Shown here one piece after another: positions 13,620 through 25,379 of a DNA stretch of 64,000 nucleotides (the first letter of the stretch is position 1; each line of letters opens with the position of its first letter). The DNA lies in the NCBI GenBank assembly GCA_951406725.2, contig OX597817.1, positions 139,500,001-139,564,000 on the forward strand, in the 5' to 3' direction. The notes below the pieces were generated by a model. It was not told the DNA's origin. It did no database searches and was given only the letters and a program-made list of their open reading frames with translations. The translations under genes were made by a program, and so were the position numbers. Origin of the DNA: Octopus vulgaris (taxonomy: Eukaryota).

Positions 13620-13800
13620 AAAATTCACAGTGACTTCGAAGTTTCAGTTCCTTCGCCTTCGCCGAACTGAAAGGGAACAAGCCGAAAGTTCGAAGTCACT
13701 GACAAACACTTCCTTGTTTAAAATTTACACACACATGTGTGTGTTATATTATAAAATAATAGAAGAAGAGGGAGTGTCGACGTCAGAGGGCGGGAAAAGA
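13620..13800. promoter_or_regulatory. CpG-rich patch with CRE-like (GACGTCA) and GC-box (GGGCGGG) motifs plus a hairpin; possible CDKL promoter
   Basis: gtgtcgacgtcagagggcggg at about 13775-13795, 6.7 kb upstream of the CDKL first coding exon; not recognisably repeat-derived. Confidence 0.35.
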
Positions 13801-14529
13801 AGAGAGAAAGAGAGTAATAGATTAGTTGAGAACGACAGAAGGAAGTGGAATGAGGAAAAGGAAATAGTAAAAATGATAAAGTAAATAAATAAAACGAAAG
13901 CGAGAATGAAAATGGAATGAGAGAAGAAAGAAATGACAGGAAGAAAGGATAGAGAGAGAGTGAGAAAAATAAAGAGAGCGGGAGAGGAAGGTAAATGAAT
14001 GCGAAAGAGAGGGAGTAAGAAAAGAGTATGAAAGAAAGGGAGAAATATGTAGAAAGAAGGAAAGAAAAAAAGGGAAGAGAACGAGGACAAGAAAAGGGGA
14101 GAGAGTGAGGAAAGAGAAAGAGGGGCGGAGATAGAGCAAAATATGAAATGAAAGATAAATATGGAAGAAGAGACATGAGAGAAAGATGTAGAGTGGTCGG
14201 AGTGTCAAATAGAATGCTTCGTGGTATTTACTCCGATTATGACCCGCTGAGGTCAACTTTTCTTTTTCAGAGTCGATCAAAAAAAAACAAAAAACAAAAG
14301 TACGAAACCAGAGCGATGTATTGACGAAAATGTAAAGCATGGGACCAGATACATTGCGGTATTTGTTTCGGCCTTTTGTATTCCGAGTTCAAATCCCGCC
14401 ATGGTCTACGTCTGTGGTAAATTTGACCAGTCACCCGGCTTAACATCACCACCTGGGTACTTTTAACATAATCCACATTGTTAGCAAACATTCAGACTAC
14501 TTTTGGGGGATGGGGGAGAATATTTTTCA

Positions 14530-14530
<1 letters not shown>

Positions 14531-14568
<38 letters not shown>

Positions 14569-14571
14569 TTA

Positions 14572-14613
<42 letters not shown>

Positions 14614-14663
14614 CGTCTGTCTGTCTGTCCCTCTATCTATCTGTCTGTCTATCTGTTTGTCCC

Positions 14664-14730
<67 letters not shown>

Positions 14731-14755
14731 GTTTGTCTGTCCCTCTATCTATCTC
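14531..14755. repeat. (ATCT)n/(GTCT)n microsatellite
   Basis: Read directly from the sequence. Confidence 0.95.
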
Positions 14756-14774
14756 GCCATTTGTCTCCATGACT

Positions 14775-15400
14775 GAACTGCAATCGTGGATCGAAAAGAG
14801 GCCAAGGAAGGGTGAATGGCACTGCGAGTGTTGCATTGCCCTCAAGTAACTATGCCGTCCCGGGTCGACCTTGAGCGACTTCAACACAACCAAAACATTC
14901 TATAGGGGATTAGTGGAGGGGAGGTACAACAGCAATCTCAGGGCGAACCTGGGTGTCGATGAGGAATACCTGACCCGCCTGTTCAAGATGACTTTCGGGC
15001 CGGGACCTATGGACAACTTCCAGAGATCCCTGGCCTGGCACTGCTATCGAGAAGCACTACCCGTTCGGGATAAGCTCTACAGGCATGGCTCGAGAAACAC
15101 AGGGCTGACCTGTCTGAGATGCGGTCAGAGCGACGAAACTGTCTTGCACGCACTCATACAGTGTCCAACCATATCCAACCTGTGGGCCTATGTCAAACGA
15201 TTGCTATCACATGTGGGACAAGTCAGTTTATCAACTGAGTCTATCATGAATATTGTCATGCCTCCTTCCTTGAAATGGGAAGGAAAAGCCATTTTCATCG
15301 TACTTGTGGCTATGGCGAAAGAATGTGTATGATGGACGTGTCTAAAAGGTCTAGAGACAAACACTTTCCTCTCTGGTCAATCTCTCAACTTCTTCAAGTA
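14775..15400 (+). mobile_element. L1/Tx1-like LINE C-terminal fragment with CCHC zinc knuckle
   Basis: LAWHCYREALPVRDKL...CLRCGQSDETVLHALIQCP...LW matches the zf-RVT-like pattern. Confidence 0.75.
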
Positions 15401-15989
15401 TCACATTCATGTATACACAAAGAGTACACACTATTCATACTTAGGTGTGCAGATGCTTGTGTATACAGGGGTGTATATGAATGTGTATTTGTAACCCACA
15501 ACTCCACCTTCTTAAATTGTACGTGATATAAATAATACTAATTGAAACTTATGGAGAAAATAAAGAGAGATATGTATGACAACATCACATGGACCATATT
15601 TAACAAAGCCTCCTTACTTACCTGGTCCTCAAAATTGCCAACCCTGCTTTGCTGAGAAGCTGTGCATATTCCACCAGTCTGCAATATACATCATGAGGGA
15701 GAAAAAAATTATCTATCTTATTGTTGCCACTAGTGGTATGCCCTGTGAATGAACATCAAGCTATTGGCTATCGATAACCTAGATGTACCATCTTAAGCCT
15801 AGTTGGCCACACACAATAGCAGCTATAACAGTGGTGTTACTAGTAGAGGTTACAGTCTGCTGTAACAAATATCAGTCACACAAACACCTATTGATCTGAC
15901 ACCATAAAACTAGTTACCTCCCTATGTGACAACAGTTGTCACTGAAATAGCACACACACATACACACAACAGAATGACAACTGATGCCA

Positions 15990-16740
15990 ACACTAATCTC
16001 TAAAAGTCTTCTTGTGAACGTCACCTGGATGTTATTGTCGACAGCGATTTGCGTTATACAAAACACATCACTAAAATTGCCAAGAAGGCTGAGGGTGTCA
16101 TGGCATCATTCACCAAGTCCTTTGTGAGCTGCTCTCCAGCTATCTATCTGCGGCTTTATATCGCTATGGTACGACCTCACCTGGAATTTGCATCACCAGT
16201 CTGGAACCCCTATCTTGCCCAGGATATTAATCATCTGGAAGCTGTTCAGAGGCGTGCAACCAAGAGAATACCCTCCATCAGGCATTTGCCATATTCTGAA
16301 TGCCTTACTTCCCTGGGCAAGGACACATTGAAACTCCGACGTCTGGCAGCTGACTTGGCAGACACCCATAAAATTATTAACCATCTTACAAACAATAACT
16401 CTGAGCACCTTTTCAAACTCCACCTGTCTAATACCCGTGGACATGTTTACAAAGTCAGAAAACAGCACAGCTCCCATGACTTTCGGAAACATTTTTTCAC
16501 ACTAAGAGTTGCTGAAGCATGGAACAGACTGCCGGCATCGGTTGTTAGGTGTCGGAGCACTGCATACTTCAAAACTTCCAACCTTCCTGAGATTCGCCAA
16601 CACTACACCTGATTTTCTCCCCTCCATATACACGCCAGCATGTATCTGACTCACACTGTTCGCTTTCCAGACATTACGCACTTTTTGACAAGTTGTAGTG
16701 CACCTGAGCACTGTATACAATAATTTCATTATTATTATCT
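15990..16740 (+). mobile_element. CR1-like LINE 3' fragment (family 1)
   Basis: ORF 16049-16612: LYIAMVRPHLEFASPVWNPY...LEAVQRRATK...RKHFFTLRVAEAWNRLP; (ATT)n tail. An isolated copy of the tail lies at about 24985-25070. Confidence 0.85.
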
Positions 16741-17644
16741 TGTCTTCTCTCTCGCATTCAGTACCCAATAGAATGAGCTGATGGGACTGAAATATCATAT
16801 CTTGAGTAGAGAAGATACATGGCTACTTCATTTAAAGAGAGAGAGGGGGGAGAAAGAGGAGAGAGAAGGTGGTGAAGATGTGACAGGGTAGGGATTGTAT
16901 CTCCTCTACAACAACACACCTGTTTCTATCCCTCCATCACACTCTAACCTCTCATCACCAGGCACCTCCTCCCATGCCCACCTCTCAAAGGATCTTTGTC
17001 TTGCAAGTCACTTAGTGACCCTGCTGCCAGTCCACACTGTAAAGTGGTTGGTGTCTGGAAGGGCATCCAGCTGTAAAACCTCTGCCAAAACTGGCCTTGC
17101 TGGTGTTGCTACCATGTAAAACACACTTAGTCCACTCTGTAAGGGGTTGGTGTTAGGAAGGGCTTCCAGCTGTAAAAACCCTGGCAAAACAGACAGTGAA
17201 GCCTGGTGCAGTCTTCTGCTTAACCAGCCCCTTTCAGACTGTCCAAGATATGCTAGCAAGGACATTAAATGATGATGATGATGATGACGGTGGTGGTAGT
17301 GGTGGTGGTGGTGGTGTTGGTGATGGTACATCCATCTATAATACTTAAGCCTCTCAACTGGCACAACCCACCCCCCTTCCTCAATACTACTTCCCCGGCC
17401 AGTCAGAGGTTTTTTTGTCTTTCAAGTTACTTGGCAACACCACTGTGTCAGTGCCACATAAAAAGCACCCAGTAGAGCACTCTGTAAAGCGGTTGACATT
17501 AGGAAGGGCATCCAGCAGTAGGGGCCATACCAAAGTAGACATCAGAGAGCCCCTTGGAAGCTCTCTGGTTCACTAGCTCCTGTCAGACTGTCCAGCTCAG
17601 GTCAGCAAGGGAAGTGGACGTTAAATGATGATGATGTGATGATG

Positions 17645-17707
17645 ACATATACACATACACACATACATACATACATAGATACATACATGCATACATGCAT
17701 GCATACA

Positions 17708-17741
<34 letters not shown>

Positions 17742-18300
17742 CATACATACATGCATACACACACATACATACATATATACATACATACATACATACATAA
17801 CTACATACATACATACATGCATGCATGCATACATACATACATACATACATGCATGCATGCATACATACATACACACATACATACATACATATATACATAC
17901 ATACATACATACATACATACATACATACATACATACATGCATGCATGCATGCATGCATGCATGCATACATACACACACACACACACACATACATACATAC
18001 ATACATACATAATACATACATGCATGCATACATACATACACACATACATACATACATATATACATGCATACATACACACACATACATACATATCTACATA
18101 CATACATACATACATGCATACATGCATGCATGCATACATGCATGCATACATACATACATGCATACATGCATGCATACATACATACATGCATACATGCATG
18201 CATGCATACATACATACATACATACATACATACATACATACATACATGCATGCATGCATGCATGCATACATACATACATACATACACACATACATACAAA
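17645..18300. repeat. Compound (ACAT/GCAT)n microsatellite
   Basis: Read directly from the sequence. Confidence 0.95.
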
Positions 18301-18619
18301 CATGTATCATCAACATTTTATGTATATTTCCTATGCTGGCATTGGTGGGGTGTTTCACAGGATCTCATAGATCAGAGGACAATTTCTTGTATCAATGTCC
18401 AGGTTTTGACATACTTTCTGTGGCTGGATATCTTTCCTGACACCAACTACTTTACCGAGTGTACTGGGAGCAATTTTTCATGGCACCAGCACCTGTGGGG
18501 TTACCATGTAACTCACAAGGTGAATGAGTAATGACAGAAGAAACAGGTGTTGTAACAGGATAGTGGTGGAGAAAGACAGTATTAATGAAGAGACAAGGGA
18601 GGGGGGGGAAAGGAAGAGA

Positions 18620-19060
18620 AATGTTCAGGGATCAGTGTTAGAGTGAGATGGCTCAGTCCTCAGCCCTCTTCTATTCATCATATCCCTACAGGCCTTCACA
18701 GAGGAATTTCAGAGTGACTGTCAATGGGAACTACTATATGCCAAGGATCTAATTCTCATTGTTGATTCTGCAGTAAAATTAGAGAGGAAATTCCAAGCAT
18801 GGAAGCTAAACATAGAGTTGAGAGACCACAATGTAAACTTGGCAAAGAATAAGGTTCTAGTAAATAAAAAAGAAAGCAGGACTCTGGTGTCTACAGGGAA
18901 ATGGCCTTGCTTGACATGCAGAAAAGGAATAGGTATAAATTTCATAAGCTGTCCCCAATATAAGCTATGGACACACAAGAGGTGAAGTGGAATCAAAGGC
19001 AAACTAACAAAGACAATAAACTTAGTGTGTGACAAATGCCTTGGAACAACAGGAGCACAA
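18620..19060 (+). mobile_element. Degenerate RTE RT fragment
   Basis: Homologous to 36860-37270 (GSVLSP, WPCLTC, KLWTHKR). Confidence 0.75.
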
Positions 19061-19539
19061 TGGAATGTATTTGACACAGTGTTTGATTACAAGATTGTTG
19101 TTCCTTTTAATCCAAAGTATCTTTATGGTGGCATGTTAGCACAATATGGCTGGTAGTAAAAAGCTTGGAATTTTCCTGCGTGAAATTGCATGTTGTTTTC
19201 TTTAGCCTTATTATATACTAGTGCATGCGTGCGCACATACACGCGAGTACTGTCCAAATCTCCAACCAATCACATACAGCTAGCTGGGATTCAATTGGTG
19301 TATCAAGTTTCGAGCATTTTGATTGGGTTTTGGATAGAAAATTCACAAAAAAGTCACTTCTATTGATTTTTTAATGGCTTTGCAGGGTGACTGGGGAAAT
19401 GTAAAGATGTACACGAGCACCCTTGGACAGTTTTGAATGACCATAGAAAGTGCGAGCCCTCTAACTGAAAAATTGTGGATTTGTATAAAGAACACACACA
19501 CACACAGACAGAGATTTTGCTGTTTATATATATATAGAT

Positions 19540-20085
19540 GATATCTAGATCTTTCTGTAGAAGATTGGCATAGAGTGGGTCCTTGACTGCTTGTGCTACT
19601 TTTGTATCATCAGTATAGCTAGCAAAAGTGGTTGCTTGTATAGCTGATGGCATATCTGAGAGTGCAACAACAAACAGCAGTGGCTGAAAGCAGTTCCCTG
19701 AGGCACTCCACTTACTTTTAATGTCTCCTTTGAGAAAAAGTCATGCAATCCCTCTCCTAATATTCTAAATATGCTGAGTCCTTGTAGCTTGTAACATATC
19801 ATCCTGTGGTCAACCTTATCAAAGGCCATTGCAAAATTGAGACATCCATGTTTCAACAATTCATAAATTGTTTCAACACTCAATTGTAATGTGGCAGAAG
19901 CTGTATAAGGTAGCATCTTCCTGAGCAGAAGCCGAGCTGGTTGTCAGATATCAAGTCATTATCCTTAAGGAATATGATCATCTTCCTCCTAACAGTTCAT
20001 TCCATGACTCTGCAGATATATGAGGTTAGAGAAATAAGCCTCTACTTTTTCATATCAGCTCTACTTCCTACCATCCACTTTGTTT
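19540..20085 (-). mobile_element. CR1-like family 2 RT fragment, degenerate
   Basis: FAMAFDKVDH, SGVPQGT, SYTDDTKV. Confidence 0.75.
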
Positions 20086-20124
<39 letters not shown>

Positions 20125-20217
20125 ATTATTTGAGGGAATATTAATCCAAAATTACAGGGGAAAAAATTCAATTTAGAAATACTAAATCAAATTTCACACC
20201 ATATGATATATAGAGAG

Positions 20218-20950
20218 AAAAATTAGAAAAAAAACCACCTTTTATCAATTCAAAATGAACAATTAAATTACACCATCTAGAAAATTACATATAATAGAAA
20301 TATTAAAATTAAAATAACAATAAAATATCAATAATTAAGTAAATTGCAAAAAAAATAATAAAAACATGTATAATTGGTAGAATAACAAATTATATATGTT
20401 AAATGTATATAAAACTTAATAATGACCAATTATATACGTTTTTATTATTTTGTTTTGCAATTTACTTAATTATTGATATTTTATTGTTATTTTAATTTTA
20501 ATATTTCTATTATATGTAATTTTCTAGATGGTGTAATTTAATTTTTAATTTAAAAATTTTTTTTTTTTTAGTTTCAGCTCACAAGCTGTGGCCATGCTGG
20601 GGCACAACCATTTGGTGTTGCTACATGATTTTACTTCACAAATGCTTTTTAGTAATTGCCATCTGGTGCATGAGAGAGTTCGATGCAGCTGCCCTCTTCT
20701 GCACCTCCTGCCGTGAAGTTGGTTCATCTGGGACACCTGACAAGAAGAGATCCAGTTTCATTTTAAAGACATCTGCATCCACCCCATGCAGGTCTCTTAG
20801 GTTCTTCGGGAGGATATTGAAGAGCTGTGGGCCTCGGAAGCCCAGGCTATCACAGTATCTTGTCCTACATCTTGATGGCAAATTTGGAGTCCTTGGCACT
20901 GTTCAATTGTTCATTTTGAATTGATAAAAGGTGGTTTTTTTCTAATTTTT
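20218..20950. repeat. AT-rich fold-back whose right arm is split by a LINE insertion
   Basis: 20261-20365 pairs with 20437-20543; 20218-20264 pairs with 20905-20950. Confidence 0.9.
20544..20904 (-). mobile_element. 5'-truncated CR1-like family 2 3' end with A-rich tail, inserted in a fold-back element
   Basis: Homologous to 50685-51015; flanked by duplicated AATT (20540-20543 and 20905-20908). Confidence 0.85.
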
Positions 20951-20980
20951 ATATATATATATATATTTTCCATACCTGTC

Positions 20981-21044
20981 ATCTCTGAAGAACACAGGTA
21001 TTCGATAATTATCTAATATCTGAAGGGAAACAAATTGGTAAGAT
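20981..21044 (+). ncRNA. Hammerhead-like motif related to the 21.5-21.8 kb pair
   Basis: atctCTGAAGA...caggtatt/aatatctg...GAAACaaattgGTAagat. Stem I is atct/agat, and the downstream flank (gtaatgga..tataatatggta) is shared with 21741-21762. Confidence 0.45.
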
Positions 21045-21094
21045 TGGTTTCTGTAATGGATCTATAATATGGTATACATTGATTAATACATACA

Positions 21095-21125
<31 letters not shown>

Positions 21126-21260
21126 TAACTACATCTCAAAGATGGACCCTTGGATTTTGGTTAGAAACCATCTCTTTCTCTATTGGCAAGAAATCTTGAA
21201 ATAAAACTGAATAATGACATATATTTATATATATATATATATATATACATGTATATATAT

Positions 21261-21313
<53 letters not shown>

Positions 21314-21522
21314 CTGCTCACTTAGCCAGCGGGGTGGCATCATTTGAAGGCTAAGACAATGCGAAGCGCATTGTGACCAGCAATGTGTAACAACATCTGA
21401 TAGCCTGGTCGGTCACGGTGACGGTGATATATATATATATACATACACACACACACACACACATGCATATATATCTATATATATATATATTATCCGAACT
21501 GTACAATATTATATATCCATCA

Positions 21523-21615
21523 CGGCTGACCTTACCAAGTGGTTTCATGCAAGGAATACGATGGAATGTGAGGTAACAATCCGATTATATAACCTTGCAC
21601 TCATCAGAGCCAATA
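21523..21615 (-). ncRNA. Type I minimal hammerhead ribozyme motif (best-preserved copy)
   Basis: CUGAUGA, then stem II GUGCAAGG/CCUUGCAU (8 bp), then GAAA, stem III ACCA-CU-UGGU and a GUA cleavage triplet. Stem I is only partly paired in this copy. Confidence 0.6.
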
Positions 21616-21647
21616 CAGAAGGGAAAAGCGATTATTTCCTTCCATAT

Positions 21648-21742
21648 CGGCTAACTCTGATGAGCGTAAACTTCTATAATCAGATTGTTACCTAACACTC
21701 TGTTGTATTCCTAGCAGGAAACTGGTTGGTAAGATCAGCTGT
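21648..21742 (+). ncRNA. Second, decayed hammerhead motif in the opposite arm of the same fold-back
   Basis: cggctaactCTGATGA (21657-21663) ... GAAAC (21718-21722) tggttgGTA agatcagctg; stem I is partly formed and stem II is decayed. Confidence 0.45.
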
Positions 21743-22124
21743 AATGGATTTATAATATGGTACCCTTTGGATAATATTGCCTCTCTATTGACAGATATAC
21801 AAGGGCATCTTTTCCCTGACTTATGGACTCTTGGACAACTCATGCTCATATATACCAGTCCTGCATTATCCGATTCTAGGTTTTCCATTTATCAGATGTT
21901 CTTCCTAGAGGTAAGACAAATAATTTTCATGTTTGCTGCACACACGCGTCTTTGCTAGTATATACGCAGTGAAGCTATACAATAACGTCGTATTTATTAC
22001 GATTGCTATTTTCCAGTAAATATCAGTGCCTCGTTGTACCATTTATTTACTTTTATATATATATAAATATATATATATATATGTAAATATATATATATTT
22101 ACATATATCCGCTTAATATATGTT

Positions 22125-23590
22125 TAATATCCGCTTTCCATGCTGGCATGGGTTGGATGGTCTGACTGAGGACTGGTGAACCATAGGCGGTACCAGGCTC
22201 AATCTGATCTGGCAAAGTTTCTACAGCTGGATGTTCTTCCTAATGTCAACCACTCCCAGAGTGTAGTGGGTGCTTTTTATGTGCCACCAGCACAAGAGCC
22301 AGTCAGGCGGTTCTGGCAATGACCACGTTCAAAAGGTGTTTTCACGAGCTACCTGCACAGGAGTCAGTCCAGCAGCACTGGCAATGACCACGCTCGAATG
22401 TTGTTTTTCACGTGCCACCGGCACATGTGCTGGTATGGCAATGCTGGCAACGATCATGTTGAATGGTGCTTTTTACATGTCACCGGCACGGGAGCCAATC
22501 AGTGGATCTAGCAACAACCATGTTTGGATATGCTTTGAACAATCCACTGACACGAATGCCAGTCAGGTGGTAGTGTCATCAGCCATGTCAGTGATTTTGA
22601 TTTGTTTACACTTGCATCAATAGGTCATCGCAAGCAAGGTTTATTGTCCAATGAATTAGGGGTACTCATAAATGGGCTGGTTACACCCTCTGGCATAGGC
22701 AATGGGCTATAGTCTCACTTGGCTTGTCTGGTCTTCTCAAGCACAGCATATCTCCAAAGGTCTCGGTCACTAGTCATTGCCTCGGTAAGGCCCAATGTTC
22801 AAAGGTCGTGCTTCACCACCTCGTCCCAGGTTTTTCCAATGAGGTCTGATCAAAAAATATTGGGATTAGTGCTATGAAAAAGAAAATTACAACACAGATC
22901 AATTTAGCATTTAATCTCCCTTGATGTATTCCTCTCCTGAAACCACAGACTTTATCCAGCATCATTTCTATAGACGGAAGCACTCCTGCAATTCCTCTTT
23001 TAGCAGAGTAAGCAGCTGTCTCATAGCATTTTCTTGGATTTCCTTGGTATTTTGAAATCATGCTCCTTTCAAACAGGACACTAAACTTTGTTTGCGAAGA
23101 CCTGTTGAGGTAAGTGAAATCGAAATCAAAATCAAATTCAATGACTGGCATCTGTGCTAGTGCAGCGCTAAGAGCACCATACGAGTGTGATCGTTGCCAG
23201 AGTAGCTAACTAGCTTCCATGCCAGTGGCACGTAAAAAGCACCACTCGAGTGTGATTGTTTCCAGTGTCACCTTACTAGCACTTGTGTCGGTGGCATGTG
23301 AAAAAACATTTGAGCGAGGTCGTTTGCCAGTGCCGCTGGACTGGCTCCTGTGCAGGTGGCACATACAAAAACACCATTTGAGCATGGCCATTGCCAGTAC
23401 CACCAAACTGGCCCCCATGCCAGTGGCACGTAAAAGTACCCACTACACTCTCGGAGTGGTTAGCGTTAGGAAGGGCATCCAGCTGTAGAAACTCAGATTG
23501 GAGCCTGGTGTAACTATCTGGTTTGCCAGTCAAATCGTCCAACCCATGCCAGCATGGAAAGTGGACGTTAAATGATGATGATGATGATAA
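22125..23590. mobile_element. Divergently oriented pair of RTE 3' fragments (22125-22830 minus, 23075-23590 plus)
   Basis: Both align to the 37600-38230 region, in opposite orientations. Confidence 0.8.
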
Positions 23591-23991
23591 AGCTAAGTGC
23601 TTTATGAATGTGAAACCCTGGGTAACCCCATAACTATCTTTAATTGCTCTACTGCTTCTCCACTCCAGCACAGAAGTTACTCAGTTATCTAGAAGATATA
23701 CATTGTTACAGACTCTGCCTGTCACTGATTGGTGTGGAGACAGCATGTTCTTTGTTTATCTCCTTAACTTCTTGGAGATTTTAGGTATAATTATACTAAT
23801 GTGTCCATCTGTTCTAATTTAATTAAATTCTATGTCTTTGTGCAGCTGAGGATTGCTCTGCATTTTAAATTGATGTAATGATTGCATTGTTCAATTAAAT
23901 GCAGTTGCATGAAACGATTGTACTACATTACCTCTAGATATCCTTGTTGCTTATTTTGATTATATATCTATCTATATATATATACATATAT

Positions 23992-24223
23992 ACTCTCTTA
24001 CTTGTTTCACTCATTTGACTGTAGCCATGCTGGAGCACCGCCATTTTTAGTTGAACAAATCGACCCAGGGCTTATTCTTTGTAAGCCTAGTACTTATTCT
24101 ATCGGTTTCTTTTGCTGAACCGCTAGGTTACAGGGACGTAAACACACCAGCATCAGTTGTCAAGCGATGTTGGTGGGTGGGGGGAAACAAACACACAAAC
24201 ATATACACACATAGATACATACA

Positions 24224-24307
<84 letters not shown>

Positions 24308-24335
24308 ACGGGCTTCTTTCAGTTTCCGTCTATCA
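23992..24335 (-). mobile_element. SINE family A, 3' two-thirds
   Basis: Reverse complement of the family A body and tail. Confidence 0.75.
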
Positions 24336-25062
24336 ATGTATTCAAATATTTAGAACCATGGTTTATATGTTTACCTTATACTTAAACTTTTTATAGATTG
24401 GTAACTAACCAGCATTTTCATTGGATTTGTTATCCCTTAATGAAGTTTATTACCTTTACCTGATTATATATATATATATATATTTACATATATATATGTA
24501 TTCACACATGCACATATAAATACATACATATTTTTTCATAAATAGATACATATATGTAAATATATGTGCATAAATACACTCACACACATATATATATACA
24601 CATGTATTCACATACACGCGCACACACACACACATATACATATACATACACATGCATTTACACCTACACACACGTGTGTGTCTGTCATAATAGTGTAATG
24701 TAATAATTCCCGCTCAGAGTTTCGCGGTGTTCTCCAATCGAGTGACGATGGTCATCATCGCCACGAAACTCTTAGTATTTACCAAAAGTAATCTCAGCGC
24801 AGCACTACAAGAAGTGTATACACTCGTCCCTTGTATTGATTTTAATTTCTCTATTGTTTACAAGCTAAAGCATGCATGTTTATATCCATACATATGTACA
24901 CACACACGCACGCATACATATATATACATATATAATGCATTGTTAAAGAATTTAGTAAATATATATATATATATATAAAGTATATGTTGTACATTACTGC
25001 ATATACTTTATACGCACTTTTGACAAGTTGTGGTGCATCTGAGAAGTGTATGCAATAATTTC

Positions 25063-25109
<47 letters not shown>

Positions 25110-25117
25110 ATATATAC

Positions 25118-25161
<44 letters not shown>

Positions 25162-25379
25162 TTTTTAGGCATATAGGCGCGCGCTGACGTCCAAACGCAT
25201 TGTTAAAGAATTTAGTAAATATTGAAAATATATATATATTTACATGTATGTGTTTGTCAATATATATAAATAAATATACATTTTATATATATATATATAT
25301 ATATACATTATAGCTATGGTATGTATACAGCTGTAATCCCGTCTACCTTCCCTCTATATTAATCGTTAAAAATATTGCT

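Noticed and set aside
13718-14340. Hydrophobic F/L/S-rich minus-strand ORFs resembling membrane proteins
   Set aside because: They are the reverse complement of a low-complexity GA-rich tract, open in several frames.
24716-24772. Type III hammerhead on the minus strand (TGATGA...GAAACTC)
   Set aside because: The core lacks the C of CUGA, and stem II does not close next to GAAA.
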